A stretch of 64,000 nucleotides of DNA from an uncultured cyanobacterium (GCA_963740315.1 CAVUDP010000004.1:224001-288000); one strand, 5' to 3'; positions 21,378-31,420 are shown, counted from the stretch's first letter. Made by a program: numbers and translations. The notes: a model not told the origin generated them from the letters alone.

Positions 21378-22538
21378 ATGTCTTACTTCAAAACTATCCA
21401 CGGAACTCACGGTAACGATAACTTAGACTACAAAGGATACCAGCATAAATATGCTATCTACGGTCGAGGTGGTAATGACACGCTATATGGTGGTCATAAG
21501 GATGATAAGTTATTTGGAGAATATGGAAACGACTTCTTATATGGTGAAGGTGGTAACGACAAGCTAGATGGTGGTTATGGTCATGACTATCTATATGGTG
21601 GTCATGGAAATGACAAACTTTACGGTGGTGAGGGAAATGATTATCTTGTAGGTAATAGTGGAGAAGATTATTACGACGGTGGCAATGGTAATGATATGGT
21701 TTCTTATTACCACCATACCGAAGACATTCATGTAGATTTAGAAAAAGGAGTCGCCAGTTTTTCTGATTCACACTACGAAGAAACTCTGAAAAATATTGAA
21801 AACTTAACAGGGGGTTCCGGAAACGACAAGCTTAAAGGAGATCGCGGTAAAAATACTTTACATGGTTCTGATGGTAACGATAAACTTTACGGTCGGGGTG
21901 GTGATGACTATCTATATGGTGGTTATGGGGATGACAAACTCGAAGGTGATGAAGGTGATGACTATCTATTTGGTGGTTATGGGAATGATGTAGTTGATGG
22001 TGATAAAGGTGACGACCATGTATATGGCGATCGTGGGAATGATAAGCTTGAAGGTGATAAAGGCAATGACTATTTAAATGGTGGTTGGGGACACGATACT
22101 CTCTACGGCGAACACGGTCACGATAATATTCTTGGTGATTTAGGAAACGATAAGCTGGTTGGTGGTGATGGTAACGATACTTTAGATGGTTATGGGGCTT
22201 CTTATTATGTTGCTTTCGGAGAAAACACTCCAAGAAGTAATGAATCCGATATTCTGACTGGTGGTCATGGGGCTGATGTTTTTGTTCTAGGGTCGAAAGA
22301 TTTTACCCAAGATAGCAAATACTATTTAGGTCACGGTCATGCGACTATCACTGATTTTGATAGACATGAAGGTGATACAATTCAAGTCCTTGGTAGCAGT
22401 AGCGATTACCATCTAAGTTTTGATAATTTCTCCGGTGGTCACTCGTTAGATACTTTAATTAAAAGTAACGGAGATTTGATTGCTGTTGTTGAAGACACTA
22501 CTCATGTTAACCTTCACCAAGACTTTACTTTTGTCTAA
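21378..22538 (+). CDS. RTX-repeat (hemolysin-type) calcium-binding secreted protein
   Basis: Many GGxGxDxLx nonapeptides; C-terminal ATITDF..EGD.IQ region; GGAGGA RBS. Confidence 0.9.
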   Translation: MSYFKTIHGTHGNDNLDYKGYQHKYAIYGRGGNDTLYGGHKDDKLFGEYGNDFLYGEGGNDKLDGGYGHDYLYGGHGNDKLYGGEGNDYLVGNSGEDYYDGGNGNDMVSYYHHTEDIHVDLEKGVASFSDSHYEETLKNIENLTGGSGNDKLKGDRGKNTLHGSDGNDKLYGRGGDDYLYGGYGDDKLEGDEGDDYLFGGYGNDVVDGDKGDDHVYGDRGNDKLEGDKGNDYLNGGWGHDTLYGEHGHDNILGDLGNDKLVGGDGNDTLDGYGASYYVAFGENTPRSNESDILTGGHGADVFVLGSKDFTQDSKYYLGHGHATITDFDRHEGDTIQVLGSSSDYHLSFDNFSGGHSLDTLIKSNGDLIAVVEDTTHVNLHQDFTFV

Positions 22539-22787
22539 GCCAATCAAACAATTCCCTTCATTAATTGATTATTTTGGTTTAGTTAAATAAGACAACAAAT
22601 TTCGTTATCAAGGTTTATTTCTTGATAACGATTTGCTTGATTTAATAAATATTAAACCATGTAAATATCTGTATTGTTTTTTATACTTTTACAAAAAGTT
22701 TATTTCTAACTAATTAAATTACTATCAGATAATGATAAAATTTCACAAAACATGGATCGGTAAATTTACTAGATTTAAATTTAGCTC

Positions 22788-23528
22788 ATGAATACTTTAA
22801 AAAATAAATTCAAACTATTTCTGGCGATAACTTTAGGATTTACTAGCTTAACAATTTATCCCAATTTAGTAACAGCACAAAGCAACAATCAACAAGACGA
22901 ATTACCAGCAGCACCGGATACTGGTACTCCCACAGGAACTTCAACTCCGGGAGGTTCTCGTCCCCAAACTAATTGTCCCGAAACGAATTTACCTTTGAGG
23001 GCTTTGGTAGCTAATAACGGTAAAGATTTCACCGTTTCCGAATTTCCGAATTTATTATTTAACGTTCCTTATACTGCTAATAAAACTAGTAATATTGAAT
23101 TTGCGTTAAAAGATCCACAAGAACTGAAAACAGTTTACCGGACAGCTATTAAGTTAACTGGGCAACCAGGAATCGTTAAAATATCAATTCCTCAACAGTC
23201 AAAATATGCATTAAAAGCAAATAAAGATTATCGTTGGAATTTGATTTTATATTGTGTTGGTAATAAAACTGATGAGCCAGACCAAATTTTAACTGGATGG
23301 ATCAGACGGGTTCCGATAACAACTCAATTAAAGAACCAAGAATACCAAAGTTATATTCAAAACAATATTTGGTACGACGGTATTAGTTTATTAGCTGAAA
23401 ACTATTTTGCTAATCCAAATAATAGGGAATTAAAAGCCGCTTGGAATAATTTATCAAAATCCCTTGCTTGGGATAGTTTAGATAAGAATGGCTTTGCTGA
23501 AATTGTATTGGTAGAACCAGGGGAATAA
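22788..23528 (+). CDS. DUF928 family exported protein
   Basis: Signal peptide; P.GT.TPGGSR..C, P.LLFNVPY, PGIVKI, YRWNL..YC, GWIRRV and IWYD motifs. Confidence 0.85.
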   Translation: MNTLKNKFKLFLAITLGFTSLTIYPNLVTAQSNNQQDELPAAPDTGTPTGTSTPGGSRPQTNCPETNLPLRALVANNGKDFTVSEFPNLLFNVPYTANKTSNIEFALKDPQELKTVYRTAIKLTGQPGIVKISIPQQSKYALKANKDYRWNLILYCVGNKTDEPDQILTGWIRRVPITTQLKNQEYQSYIQNNIWYDGISLLAENYFANPNNRELKAAWNNLSKSLAWDSLDKNGFAEIVLVEPGE

Positions 23529-23529
23529 A

Positions 23530-23590
23530 GTTCGTAGTAAGCGATTTATCGCTCAAATTAAGGAAAGGACGCGCATTCCTTACTACAAAC
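23530..23590. repeat. Dispersed inverted repeat GTTCGTAGTAAG...CTTACTACAAAC
   Basis: A second copy is at about 46652-46718; a half copy is at about 48625. Confidence 0.65.
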
Positions 23591-23683
23591 CACTCTTGAT
23601 AAACTCGATTTTCAACAATCGGGTTTTTTCATTTGTATAAAAACTCATCAAATTGAAAAACCAGCAATAAAAAAATTATAAAC

Positions 23684-23723
23684 CTGCATACCACTTATAC
23701 AGTTAGACCAATTAATAAATAGA
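23684..23723 (+). promoter_or_regulatory. Bipartite motif copy upstream of the Thr/Arg-rich secreted protein
   Basis: CTGCATA-CCACTTATACAGTTA(15)-GACCAATTAATAAATAGA. Confidence 0.7.
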
Positions 23724-23800
23724 AAGCGAGGTTAATTGATTCACAATCATTGCTCGCACTCTAATTGTAAGGAAACTCAACATAAATTAGGTCTAACATC

Positions 23801-24151
23801 ATGATTACTAAGAAAATTTCTTTAGCTTTATCAACTTTTGGTGCAATTGTTTGCTTAACCATTCCGACGGAAGCAATGGCTGAAAGCTACAGTCAACTTT
23901 CTCAGCCTACAAATCAAGTAGAAGAATTAGCTAAAGGTTTTAAAAAACGAAGAACTGCTAAAGGAAGAACAAGTGTTGGAAGAACAAGTACTACAATAAG
24001 AAGAACTACTAGAACAATAAATACTCAAGGAACAACAACTTCATCAACAACAAGTGGCTCAACAACTACAAGAACTTCAACAAGAGCAACTTCAACAAAA
24101 AAAAGAACTTCAATAAAATTACCTTCAATAAGAATACGTTTTAACAAATGA
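23801..24151 (+). CDS. Small secreted protein with basic Thr/Arg/Ser-rich tail
   Basis: Sec signal ending AMA; low-complexity cationic C-terminal half; preceded by the motif. Confidence 0.65.
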   Translation: MITKKISLALSTFGAIVCLTIPTEAMAESYSQLSQPTNQVEELAKGFKKRRTAKGRTSVGRTSTTIRRTTRTINTQGTTTSSTTSGSTTTRTSTRATSTKKRTSIKLPSIRIRFNK

Positions 24152-24174
24152 AGAAAACCAGTTAAAAGGAATAG

Positions 24175-24308
24175 CTAAGTAAGTCGGTGTAGAAAATCGT
24201 AATGCCGGACAAGGGAGTAGCGAGTAGCAAGTAGCGAGTAGTAATAAGGGTTTAAGGATAATTTACATTTTGTTACATAGCTTGGTTTATTTGTGCCGAC
24301 TTACTTAG
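24175..24308. mobile_element. MITE-like element
   Basis: Perfect 13-bp TIR CTAAGTAAGTCGG / CCGACTTACTTAG with internal GAGTAGC tandem. Confidence 0.7.
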
Positions 24309-24470
24309 TAGGACTGATTATAAATAGATATTGTAGAATATCGATAAGAAGAATGTTGGGTTACGGTTCAAATATAAATTATTCGCTTTCTTACTATCTT
24401 GAAAGTGAACCTAACCCAACCTACAAGCTAACTCTTAACTCTTAACTCTTAACTCTTAACTCCTAACTCC

Positions 24471-27377
24471 TTACAACCAATTGCCAACTAAAATATAAGC
24501 TCCCCAATCATAAGGTTCGTTACGATATTTTCCTGCAAATACTAATGCTTTCTGCGCTCGATGTAAGGCTTCAGCTTTACTAATTCCTGCTTTTAATTCT
24601 TGATAAAATCTCTCGATCAATTTAATCGTAAATTCGTCATTTACTTTCCATAAAGTTGCTAAGGTACTATCGGCACCCGCTCTTACTGCTAAACCAGCTA
24701 ATCCTAATGTGGCTCTATTGTCACCGTTAGCCGTTTGACAAGCGCTTAATACTAGTAATTCGATGCGATTTGATGTTTGTCGATTTTCACCACCTAATAA
24801 TCTATTTATATCATTCGGTCGTAATAGTTCGTTGTAAGCAAGGATATAGGTTTGTTCTGGATCGGAACTAAAGTTACCGTGGGTTGCTAGATGAAGTACG
24901 GAAAAGTCTTCATTTTGTAATTTTTCTTGCAATGCTTTTTGATTGAATTCTTGATTTAACAAACTTTGAGTAGATGCTAATTCGGAAATTTGGGTTAATT
25001 CATCTTTAGCGTTGATTGCTTCAAATTTAAGATTTTCTACTTCTAATGCTTCGCTGATTCCTCCTGCTAAAATTTTAAGTTTTTCTGAACTCGGACGTAA
25101 ATTAAACAGTTGGGAAGTCGGTAAAACGCTTAAAGCATATTTTTTCTCTACTAAATATTCCTTATTTTTTTGGTCGTATAAAACAGCCATTGGAATATTA
25201 CGCAATTCGGTATCGAGGACAAATACTAAATTTTCTACTAATTGATTTTTTGCTAATTCTGTTTCAAGGGGTTTTATCAACCATTGATATACAGTTTGAG
25301 AATGTTTGTTTGCTGTTTCCGTATCGCGTTTGACTATGGCTTTGCGTAATTTATCGGCAGTATTTTCAACTTGATTTCTAGTTACGAAATTACTGTAAGA
25401 TTTGAATTGCTCTCCCGGTAACTTGTAAACAACTTCTAATCTATCTTCTAAAATAATTGGATAGATAAATGCTGCGTTTTGTCCAACTTGAGTATTTTGT
25501 TGATTATCTTTAGCTAAATAACCAAGATTGCAGCGCAAAAAGTTTTCTAATTCGGCTAGTTGCAGCGAATCAATTAAGTTAATCGCCGATGTTAAATTAT
25601 TTTGAGGTAGTGAAACATTTTCTGTGTTTGTCAAAAGTAAATTAACTAACTGTCGATAAACTGGTTCGACGTTATCGCGGAAGGAAAACTGGACATCTGA
25701 ATTGATGCTGAGTAAATCATCGCGGACTAATTCAAGAGTATTAACAGCAGCTTGATAATTATTAACAGCTTTTTGTCGATCTCCTTGAATATTTGCTAAT
25801 CTTCCTAATTGCCATTGCCACTGATAAGCTATACTTGGAGCTTCCGCAGGTTGAGCGAGTAATAAAGCTTCTGAAGTTAACTTTTGAGCAGTTTTAATAT
25901 TTTTGTTTTGCGAATTAATTTGATTTTGGATTGCTAAATATTCATACAAACTACCGCGATTGCCAATTGCATAAGACTTTGCTCTTTTATCTCCTAAACT
26001 ATCGGCAATATCTACAGCATTTTCTAAAATACTATCAATTTCTTGCCATGATGGAAATTGATTTGCTGGCAATCGCCCATTTAAACAAGCCAATTCGCGA
26101 GCTAAGTTAATTTGAGCGTAAACCTTTGTACGACTCGGAGGTAAATTCGATAGGTTAATATTTTTAGATGCTTGCAGTGCAGTTGTGAATTTACCCGTAT
26201 CTGTCAGCAGACTCAAACGGTTGAGTTGGGCTTTTGTGGAAAATTCTTCCTCACCGATTCCCTTTTGCAAATTAATCACTTGTTGATAAGCTTTGTCAGC
26301 TTTTTCGTAAAAAGGTTGTGCTTCTTTAGGTGTCGTATTTATAGTACACTGCCAAGGAGTAACCCGGTTTTCTGAAATTTTTTGATTGCGTTCAACTTCT
26401 AAATTTCCCCTTGCGTAAAATGTATTCCCCAAACTCAGCCAGGTTTTAGCAGCAATCTTGGGTGTATCTTTGCCTGTAGCTAAAGCTTGTTCTAAAGCTG
26501 TTTGAGAACCTTTCAAATCCCCGGTAGCGCGTAAAATATCTCCCAAACTCAGCAAAGCTTGTACTTTCAAAGCTGCTGGTAATGTTTCAACATTTTGCTC
26601 TACCTGCTGTGCGATCGCGCTTGCTTGTTGATACAATCCCAAAGATTGCAATGCTTGTACTTGATTAATTTTATTTTGAATTAATCCAGAATTATCGTTC
26701 AATTGTTGATAAATCTTACCAGCTAGTTGCCAATAGTTCAAAGCACCTTCCGAATGAGAGCGATTAAACAAAAGTTTGCCGTAGATATCTAAAGATGGCG
26801 CTAATATTTTTAACTTTTGAGCATAAAATCCGGTAATTCGCGGCTTTTGACTGTCAAAACCAATAATTTCTAAACTCTGATTAATACTTCTTTCTGCTTC
26901 CTGCCATTCTCCAAGCTGCTGATAAGCTAGAGAAATATTGCTCAAAATTACAGCTTGATTAAGTGTATCCCCCGAAGCCGCAAAACTCTTAACCGCTTGC
27001 TGCAACCGCTCAACAGCTAGTTTGTACTGACCTTTTTCATAATAGTTTTTTCCCTGCAATACTACTTGAACAACACATGGCTGAGTTTGAGAAAATACCG
27101 GAGATATGTTAACCGCAAACAACAAACCAATTAAAAATAAAACTATCCCTCTACTTACCTCCTTTCTCTGCGCTCTCTGCACGCCACTTGCTACAACGGA
27201 GGCAACCTCCGCAACGCAGTGGCTTGTCTCTGCGGTTATTTTATTCCTAATCTTTTCAAAAACGAGTAATATATCTTTTTTAAACGCAGAGGTACGCAAA
27301 GGTAAGCGCAAAGGAGCGCGAAGTTTTTTCAAAAAGCGTTCCACTGTAAGGAGAAAAGCAGACCATTTTCTTGCCAT
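24471..27377 (-). CDS. TPR-CHAT domain protease, probably exported
   Basis: Hydrophobic signal-like segment GIVLFLIGLLFAVNISPVFS; TPR-like helices; QFSFRDNVEPVYRQ, LQLAELENF; catalytic LHLATHG and LVLSACQT. Confidence 0.9.
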   Translation of the reverse strand: MARKWSAFLLTVERFLKKLRAPLRLPLRTSAFKKDILLVFEKIRNKITAETSHCVAEVASVVASGVQRAQRKEVSRGIVLFLIGLLFAVNISPVFSQTQPCVVQVVLQGKNYYEKGQYKLAVERLQQAVKSFAASGDTLNQAVILSNISLAYQQLGEWQEAERSINQSLEIIGFDSQKPRITGFYAQKLKILAPSLDIYGKLLFNRSHSEGALNYWQLAGKIYQQLNDNSGLIQNKINQVQALQSLGLYQQASAIAQQVEQNVETLPAALKVQALLSLGDILRATGDLKGSQTALEQALATGKDTPKIAAKTWLSLGNTFYARGNLEVERNQKISENRVTPWQCTINTTPKEAQPFYEKADKAYQQVINLQKGIGEEEFSTKAQLNRLSLLTDTGKFTTALQASKNINLSNLPPSRTKVYAQINLARELACLNGRLPANQFPSWQEIDSILENAVDIADSLGDKRAKSYAIGNRGSLYEYLAIQNQINSQNKNIKTAQKLTSEALLLAQPAEAPSIAYQWQWQLGRLANIQGDRQKAVNNYQAAVNTLELVRDDLLSINSDVQFSFRDNVEPVYRQLVNLLLTNTENVSLPQNNLTSAINLIDSLQLAELENFLRCNLGYLAKDNQQNTQVGQNAAFIYPIILEDRLEVVYKLPGEQFKSYSNFVTRNQVENTADKLRKAIVKRDTETANKHSQTVYQWLIKPLETELAKNQLVENLVFVLDTELRNIPMAVLYDQKNKEYLVEKKYALSVLPTSQLFNLRPSSEKLKILAGGISEALEVENLKFEAINAKDELTQISELASTQSLLNQEFNQKALQEKLQNEDFSVLHLATHGNFSSDPEQTYILAYNELLRPNDINRLLGGENRQTSNRIELLVLSACQTANGDNRATLGLAGLAVRAGADSTLATLWKVNDEFTIKLIERFYQELKAGISKAEALHRAQKALVFAGKYRNEPYDWGAYILVGNWL

Positions 27378-29125
27378 GTTCTGTCCCTCGAATCTACGTT
27401 AGTTAAAGGAATACCCCAGTCTAAACGGGCGATAAAATCGTTGTTGTTGCGCCATTGCAACCCCATTCCCAAAGATACTAAAGTGCTAGTATCGGCATTT
27501 TCGATACCGGAATTATTCCAAGCGGTACCAATATCGAAGAAAGGAATTATCTGTAAAATCCCTGTCGGTGCGGACTTATTACCAGTGCGAAGAATCGGTA
27601 ACTGTACCTCAGCAGAAGCAAAAACACCGTTGTCTGCAAGCAGTTGATTCTGACGATAACCTCGCACGCTTCCCAATCCACCCAAGGTAAACTGTTCCGA
27701 TGACAGAAGTCCTTTATCTGATAATTGAGCATTAGCACGCACTAATAATAGAGTCTCCGGTGCTAAAACTCGTATCCACTGCGCTTGTGCTTCCCATGCA
27801 AAAAAGCGACTATCGGGAACGAATTCCCCGGTTTCGGGAATTGGTTTATTAATAGTTGAGTCAAAAGCATCTAAACCAGCACTAAATTGAGAACGAAATG
27901 CAATTACTTCCTTTGCATTCTGCTGAGTCCAATCTTGGAAAAACCGCAGCGCAAAAACGCGAGTCTTTCCTTGATTATCAGCACCCGGAGAAAGGGGAAA
28001 AGGTTCGTCTAACAGAGAAGTTTCGCTATCCCGTAAAGAAGTGTTTACACCAACAGCGAATTCTCGGAAAGTTCGGTTTTTGATGCGACGACTCAAAGGT
28101 TGACGGAAGGAAATTTCGTAAAAACGAGATGCTGACTCAATATCAGAACCCTCACCATCTTGGTTTATGTCATCAAAGGGTGGTTCGATGACATTGCTAT
28201 CGGTGGTATTGAAACTAAAACGCAAAGTTCCATCTTGAGAATTCAGCGGTAAAGTATAGCTCGCATCCAAACTGTTACTACCGTCAGTGTTGCTGTAACC
28301 CAGACTCAAAGCATCACCCAATCCCGTAACATTACCTTCGCGAGCAAAAATCTGTCTTTGGAAACTTCCCACACTTGGCGATCGCCCGTTATCTAAACTA
28401 ACGGTAGTATTGAAAGATTTCGCTTCTTTAAATTCTACATTTAAAACACTCAAACCCGGACGGGAACCAGCGCTGAGTTGTGCGGATACCTGTTTAATTA
28501 AAGGATTAAGGCTGAGTAACTGTAATTTTTCTTGTAAGCGATTGACATTTAGAGCTTTATTTGTATTAACTCCCAAACGAGATTTAACATAGCTAGGGTT
28601 AAGTCGTCGGGAACCTCTAACGTTAATTTCTTCTAACTTACCTTCAATAACTTTAATATTGACAATTCCCCTCTGTTGGTTGCGGGTAGCTTCCGGAATC
28701 GAAATGATTGCTCCGGAAGTACTATAACCTTTTTCTGCATAATAAGCCGCTACTTCAGATGCAATTTGCAGTAATTCTTGTAATGAAAAGGCTTTATTTT
28801 CCAGAAATTTACTTAAGACTTGCTGAGTTAATTCTTCAGATGAAAAAACAGTATTTCCTGTAAATTCAAATTCAGTAACGGTAATAGTTTCTGTTACGGG
28901 AAGTTTATCTGATGGAGTTGGAATTGCTGGAGTTGGTAAAACATCTTCCGGTGGTGGAGGTGGTGATGGATTGGGGTTGGGAATTGGTGTAGGTTGAGGA
29001 GTTGGGGGAATTACATCTTGGGGTGGTGGTGTATTGGTGGTTTGCGCTTTTAAAGCACTACAAGTTAAAGCAATTATTAAAAAAGTTTTTATACAAATTA
29101 TTATGTTTTGTAACAGTTGATTCAT
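27329..29125 (-). CDS. TpsB (ShlB/FhaC/HecB) two-partner secretion outer-membrane transporter
   Basis: Signal peptide, Pro-rich linker, POTRA (FTGNTVFS, KGYSTSGA, VIEGKLEEI), GGLGSVRGY motif, terminal Phe. Confidence 0.92.
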   Translation of the reverse strand: MNQLLQNIIICIKTFLIIALTCSALKAQTTNTPPPQDVIPPTPQPTPIPNPNPSPPPPPEDVLPTPAIPTPSDKLPVTETITVTEFEFTGNTVFSSEELTQQVLSKFLENKAFSLQELLQIASEVAAYYAEKGYSTSGAIISIPEATRNQQRGIVNIKVIEGKLEEINVRGSRRLNPSYVKSRLGVNTNKALNVNRLQEKLQLLSLNPLIKQVSAQLSAGSRPGLSVLNVEFKEAKSFNTTVSLDNGRSPSVGSFQRQIFAREGNVTGLGDALSLGYSNTDGSNSLDASYTLPLNSQDGTLRFSFNTTDSNVIEPPFDDINQDGEGSDIESASRFYEISFRQPLSRRIKNRTFREFAVGVNTSLRDSETSLLDEPFPLSPGADNQGKTRVFALRFFQDWTQQNAKEVIAFRSQFSAGLDAFDSTINKPIPETGEFVPDSRFFAWEAQAQWIRVLAPETLLLVRANAQLSDKGLLSSEQFTLGGLGSVRGYRQNQLLADNGVFASAEVQLPILRTGNKSAPTGILQIIPFFDIGTAWNNSGIENADTSTLVSLGMGLQWRNNNDFIARLDWGIPLTNVDSRDRTWQENGLLFSLQWNAF

Positions 29126-29429
29126 TTTTTAAACGCAAAGGGGCGCAAAGGTTAAACGCAGAGGTTCGCGGAGTTGAGGAAATTAGAGATTTTTTCAAAA
29201 TTATTTTATTACAACTTAATTTAATCAATAACACTGAGGTTGTCTAGTAACTTTAACGAAAATAAATATTGTTTTATTTTTTATTAATGTGTAGAAACAA
29301 TTCTTACTATTACTCGACCAACTCAAATATGCTGGGTGAAGTGGGGAAGTAGAGAAAAAAGTTTTTCTTATCTAGTTGACTTGGTGGACTACTAGAATAA
29401 TTAGAAGACACTATATAAAAAACATTCCT

Positions 29430-29960
29430 ATGTCTTCCCCTTTTCCTGGGATGAATCCTTACTTAGAACATCCCACATTATGGTCAGGTATTCACCATCG
29501 GCTAATTACGGCGATCGCCAATGACTTAGCTCCCAAAATTAGACCTCCTCAGAATAAACAATCTGTAGTTGGTCGTCTTCAGTATAAAACAAAGCGACAA
29601 AAAATATTAAGAAGTGATAGTCATTTAGTGGAAATTGATTTACTACGACAGGGGAAATCAATGCCAATTTTAGAAACAGATATACATAACGATTATCAAA
29701 TTTTAGTAAGTCGCAGTAATATTCGTCCAAAAGCAGAACTTTATCACTTTAATTTACAGGATAAAATTCCTCAGTTTATTTTACCTTTACGCTCTGAAGA
29801 TACAGAACCTATAGTTGATTTACAAACATTATTGCATGAAATTTATGACCAGGGCGGTTACGATTTGAGATTAGATTACAGTCGTTCACCCGTACCCAGT
29901 TTGTCAGGAAAAGATACTGTTTGGGTTGACGAATTATTAAAACGTGAAGGTTTAAGATGA
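29430..29960 (+). pseudogene. DUF4058 family gene with apparent in-frame internal deletion
   Basis: MSSPFPGMNPYLEHP start and HLVEIDLLR retained, but IRP is joined directly to PQNK with no central IE.LSP segment. Confidence 0.6.
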
Positions 29961-30022
29961 CCATTTATTGAGAATGCTTTAAAATAATAATCCAAAATCT
30001 AAAATCTAAAATCCAAAATCCT

Positions 30023-30574
30023 ATGACTTTTATCGCTGCGAAGTGGACAACTGACGACTATCACCGCATGATTGCTGCTGGGATTTTAGAAGAGCGCAAA
30101 GTTGAATTATTGAAAGGGGAAATTGTCGAAATGTCACCGGAAGGAGTACCTCACGCTTATTGTAGCCATGAAGCGGATAAGTATTTAACCTTGTTATTAA
30201 GTGAACGTGCTGAAGTTCGCCAAGCGAAGCCAATCACTTTACTCAACGATTCGGAACCCGAACCAGATTTAGCGATTGTCCAACCTTTGGGGAGAGAGTA
30301 TTTAGAACATCATCCCTATGTTGAAAATGTGTTTTGGGTAATTGAGTATTCTAACTCTAGTTTAGAAAAAGATTTAGAGAAAAAAAGCAAAATCTATGCC
30401 GAAGCAGGTATTCAGGAATATTGGGTTGTAAATCTTAAAACATTACATTTAGTAGTTTTTAGAGAACCATTAAATGGAGATTACGCAACCAAATTTACAC
30501 TTGCTACGGGAATAATTCAACCTCTTGCGCTTGGTGATGTTGATGTTTTGGTAGAGCAGATTATTAATAAGTGA
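30023..30574 (+). CDS. Uma2 family putative endonuclease
   Basis: KWTTDDYHRM, VELLKGEIVEMSP, SEPEPDLAIV and YAEAGIQEYWVVNL. Confidence 0.9.
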   Translation: MTFIAAKWTTDDYHRMIAAGILEERKVELLKGEIVEMSPEGVPHAYCSHEADKYLTLLLSERAEVRQAKPITLLNDSEPEPDLAIVQPLGREYLEHHPYVENVFWVIEYSNSSLEKDLEKKSKIYAEAGIQEYWVVNLKTLHLVVFREPLNGDYATKFTLATGIIQPLALGDVDVLVEQIINK

Positions 30575-30600
30575 AAATCTTTAAAATTGAAATTGCGTGA

Positions 30601-31017
30601 ATGGTTAAAGATGTTTTTCATCAACAGGTAAAAAATGCTTTGATAAAAGATGGGTGGATAATTACTGATGACCCATTGACACTTCGTATTAGTGAAGCAA
30701 TCAAAGTACAAATTGATTTAGCGGCTGAAAGTGCGATCGCAGCAGAACGCGATACTGAAAAAATCGCAGTTGAAATTAAAAGTTTTATTGCCGATTCCGA
30801 TATTAGTGAATTTCATACCGCACTTGGTCAATATCTCAATTACGTACAAGCATTGGAAGAACACGAACCCGAACGAATTATCTATTTAGCTGTTCCAAAC
30901 GAAACTTATAAGGACTTTTTTCAACTTACTTTTATTCAACGGACTATCAAACGGTATCAAATGAAATTGATAGTTTACGAACCAATCCAGGAAGAGATTA
31001 TATTATGGATAAAATAG
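30601..31017 (+). CDS. xisH: XisH family protein
   Basis: KDVFHQQVKNALIKDGW.ITDDP, KIAVEIKSF and FHTALGQYLNY. Confidence 0.92.
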   Translation: MVKDVFHQQVKNALIKDGWIITDDPLTLRISEAIKVQIDLAAESAIAAERDTEKIAVEIKSFIADSDISEFHTALGQYLNYVQALEEHEPERIIYLAVPNETYKDFFQLTFIQRTIKRYQMKLIVYEPIQEEIILWIK

Positions 31018-31340
31018 AACGCTATCGACAATTTATAAAGCAAATATTGAGCAAACACGCAGAAATAAGTCCTGGTAACGATACTGTAAAACCAGAGCTA
31101 ATTTTTGATAATGAAAACAACCATTACCAATTAAATTACGTCGGTTGGGAAGGAGATAAAAGAGTATTTGGTCCGGTAATGCATTTTGATATTATTAATG
31201 GGAAAATATGGATTCAATATAACGGAACAGAAGAAGCTGTTGCTCAAAGTTTAGTTGATTTAGGTGTACCCAATTCAGATATTGTGATTGGTTTTCACTC
31301 CCGTTTTAAGCGTCAGTTTACATCTTATGCAGTTGATTGA
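31005..31340 (+). CDS. xisI: XisI family protein
   Basis: MDKIERYRQ, HFDIINGKIWIQYNGTE and DIVIGFH; overlaps xisH. Confidence 0.92.
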   Translation: MDKIERYRQFIKQILSKHAEISPGNDTVKPELIFDNENNHYQLNYVGWEGDKRVFGPVMHFDIINGKIWIQYNGTEEAVAQSLVDLGVPNSDIVIGFHSRFKRQFTSYAVD

Positions 31341-31420
31341 TTTCATTATTCGCTATTATTTTACGTTGTCGGAGACGTAGCAGTGCTACGTCTCTACATT
31401 GGTTTCAGGTTTGCGATTAA

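Noticed and set aside
21454..22233. His-rich minus-strand ORFs (21454-21771, 21832-22233)
   Set aside because: Antisense shadows of the GGT/GAT-rich RTX repeats
29305..29334. CAGCATA-N12-GAGTAAT upstream of tpsB as a motif copy
   Set aside because: Mismatches in both boxes and wrong spacing
31326..31332. Extra CTGCATA (minus strand) inside the xisI 3' end
   Set aside because: No (G/C)AC(C/T)AAT box at 14-15 nt; likely chance
30601..31340. xisH/xisI as evidence of a heterocyst excision element
   Set aside because: No XisF/XisA-type recombinase and no interrupted nif/fdxN/hupL gene; xisHI pairs are widely scattered in cyanobacteria
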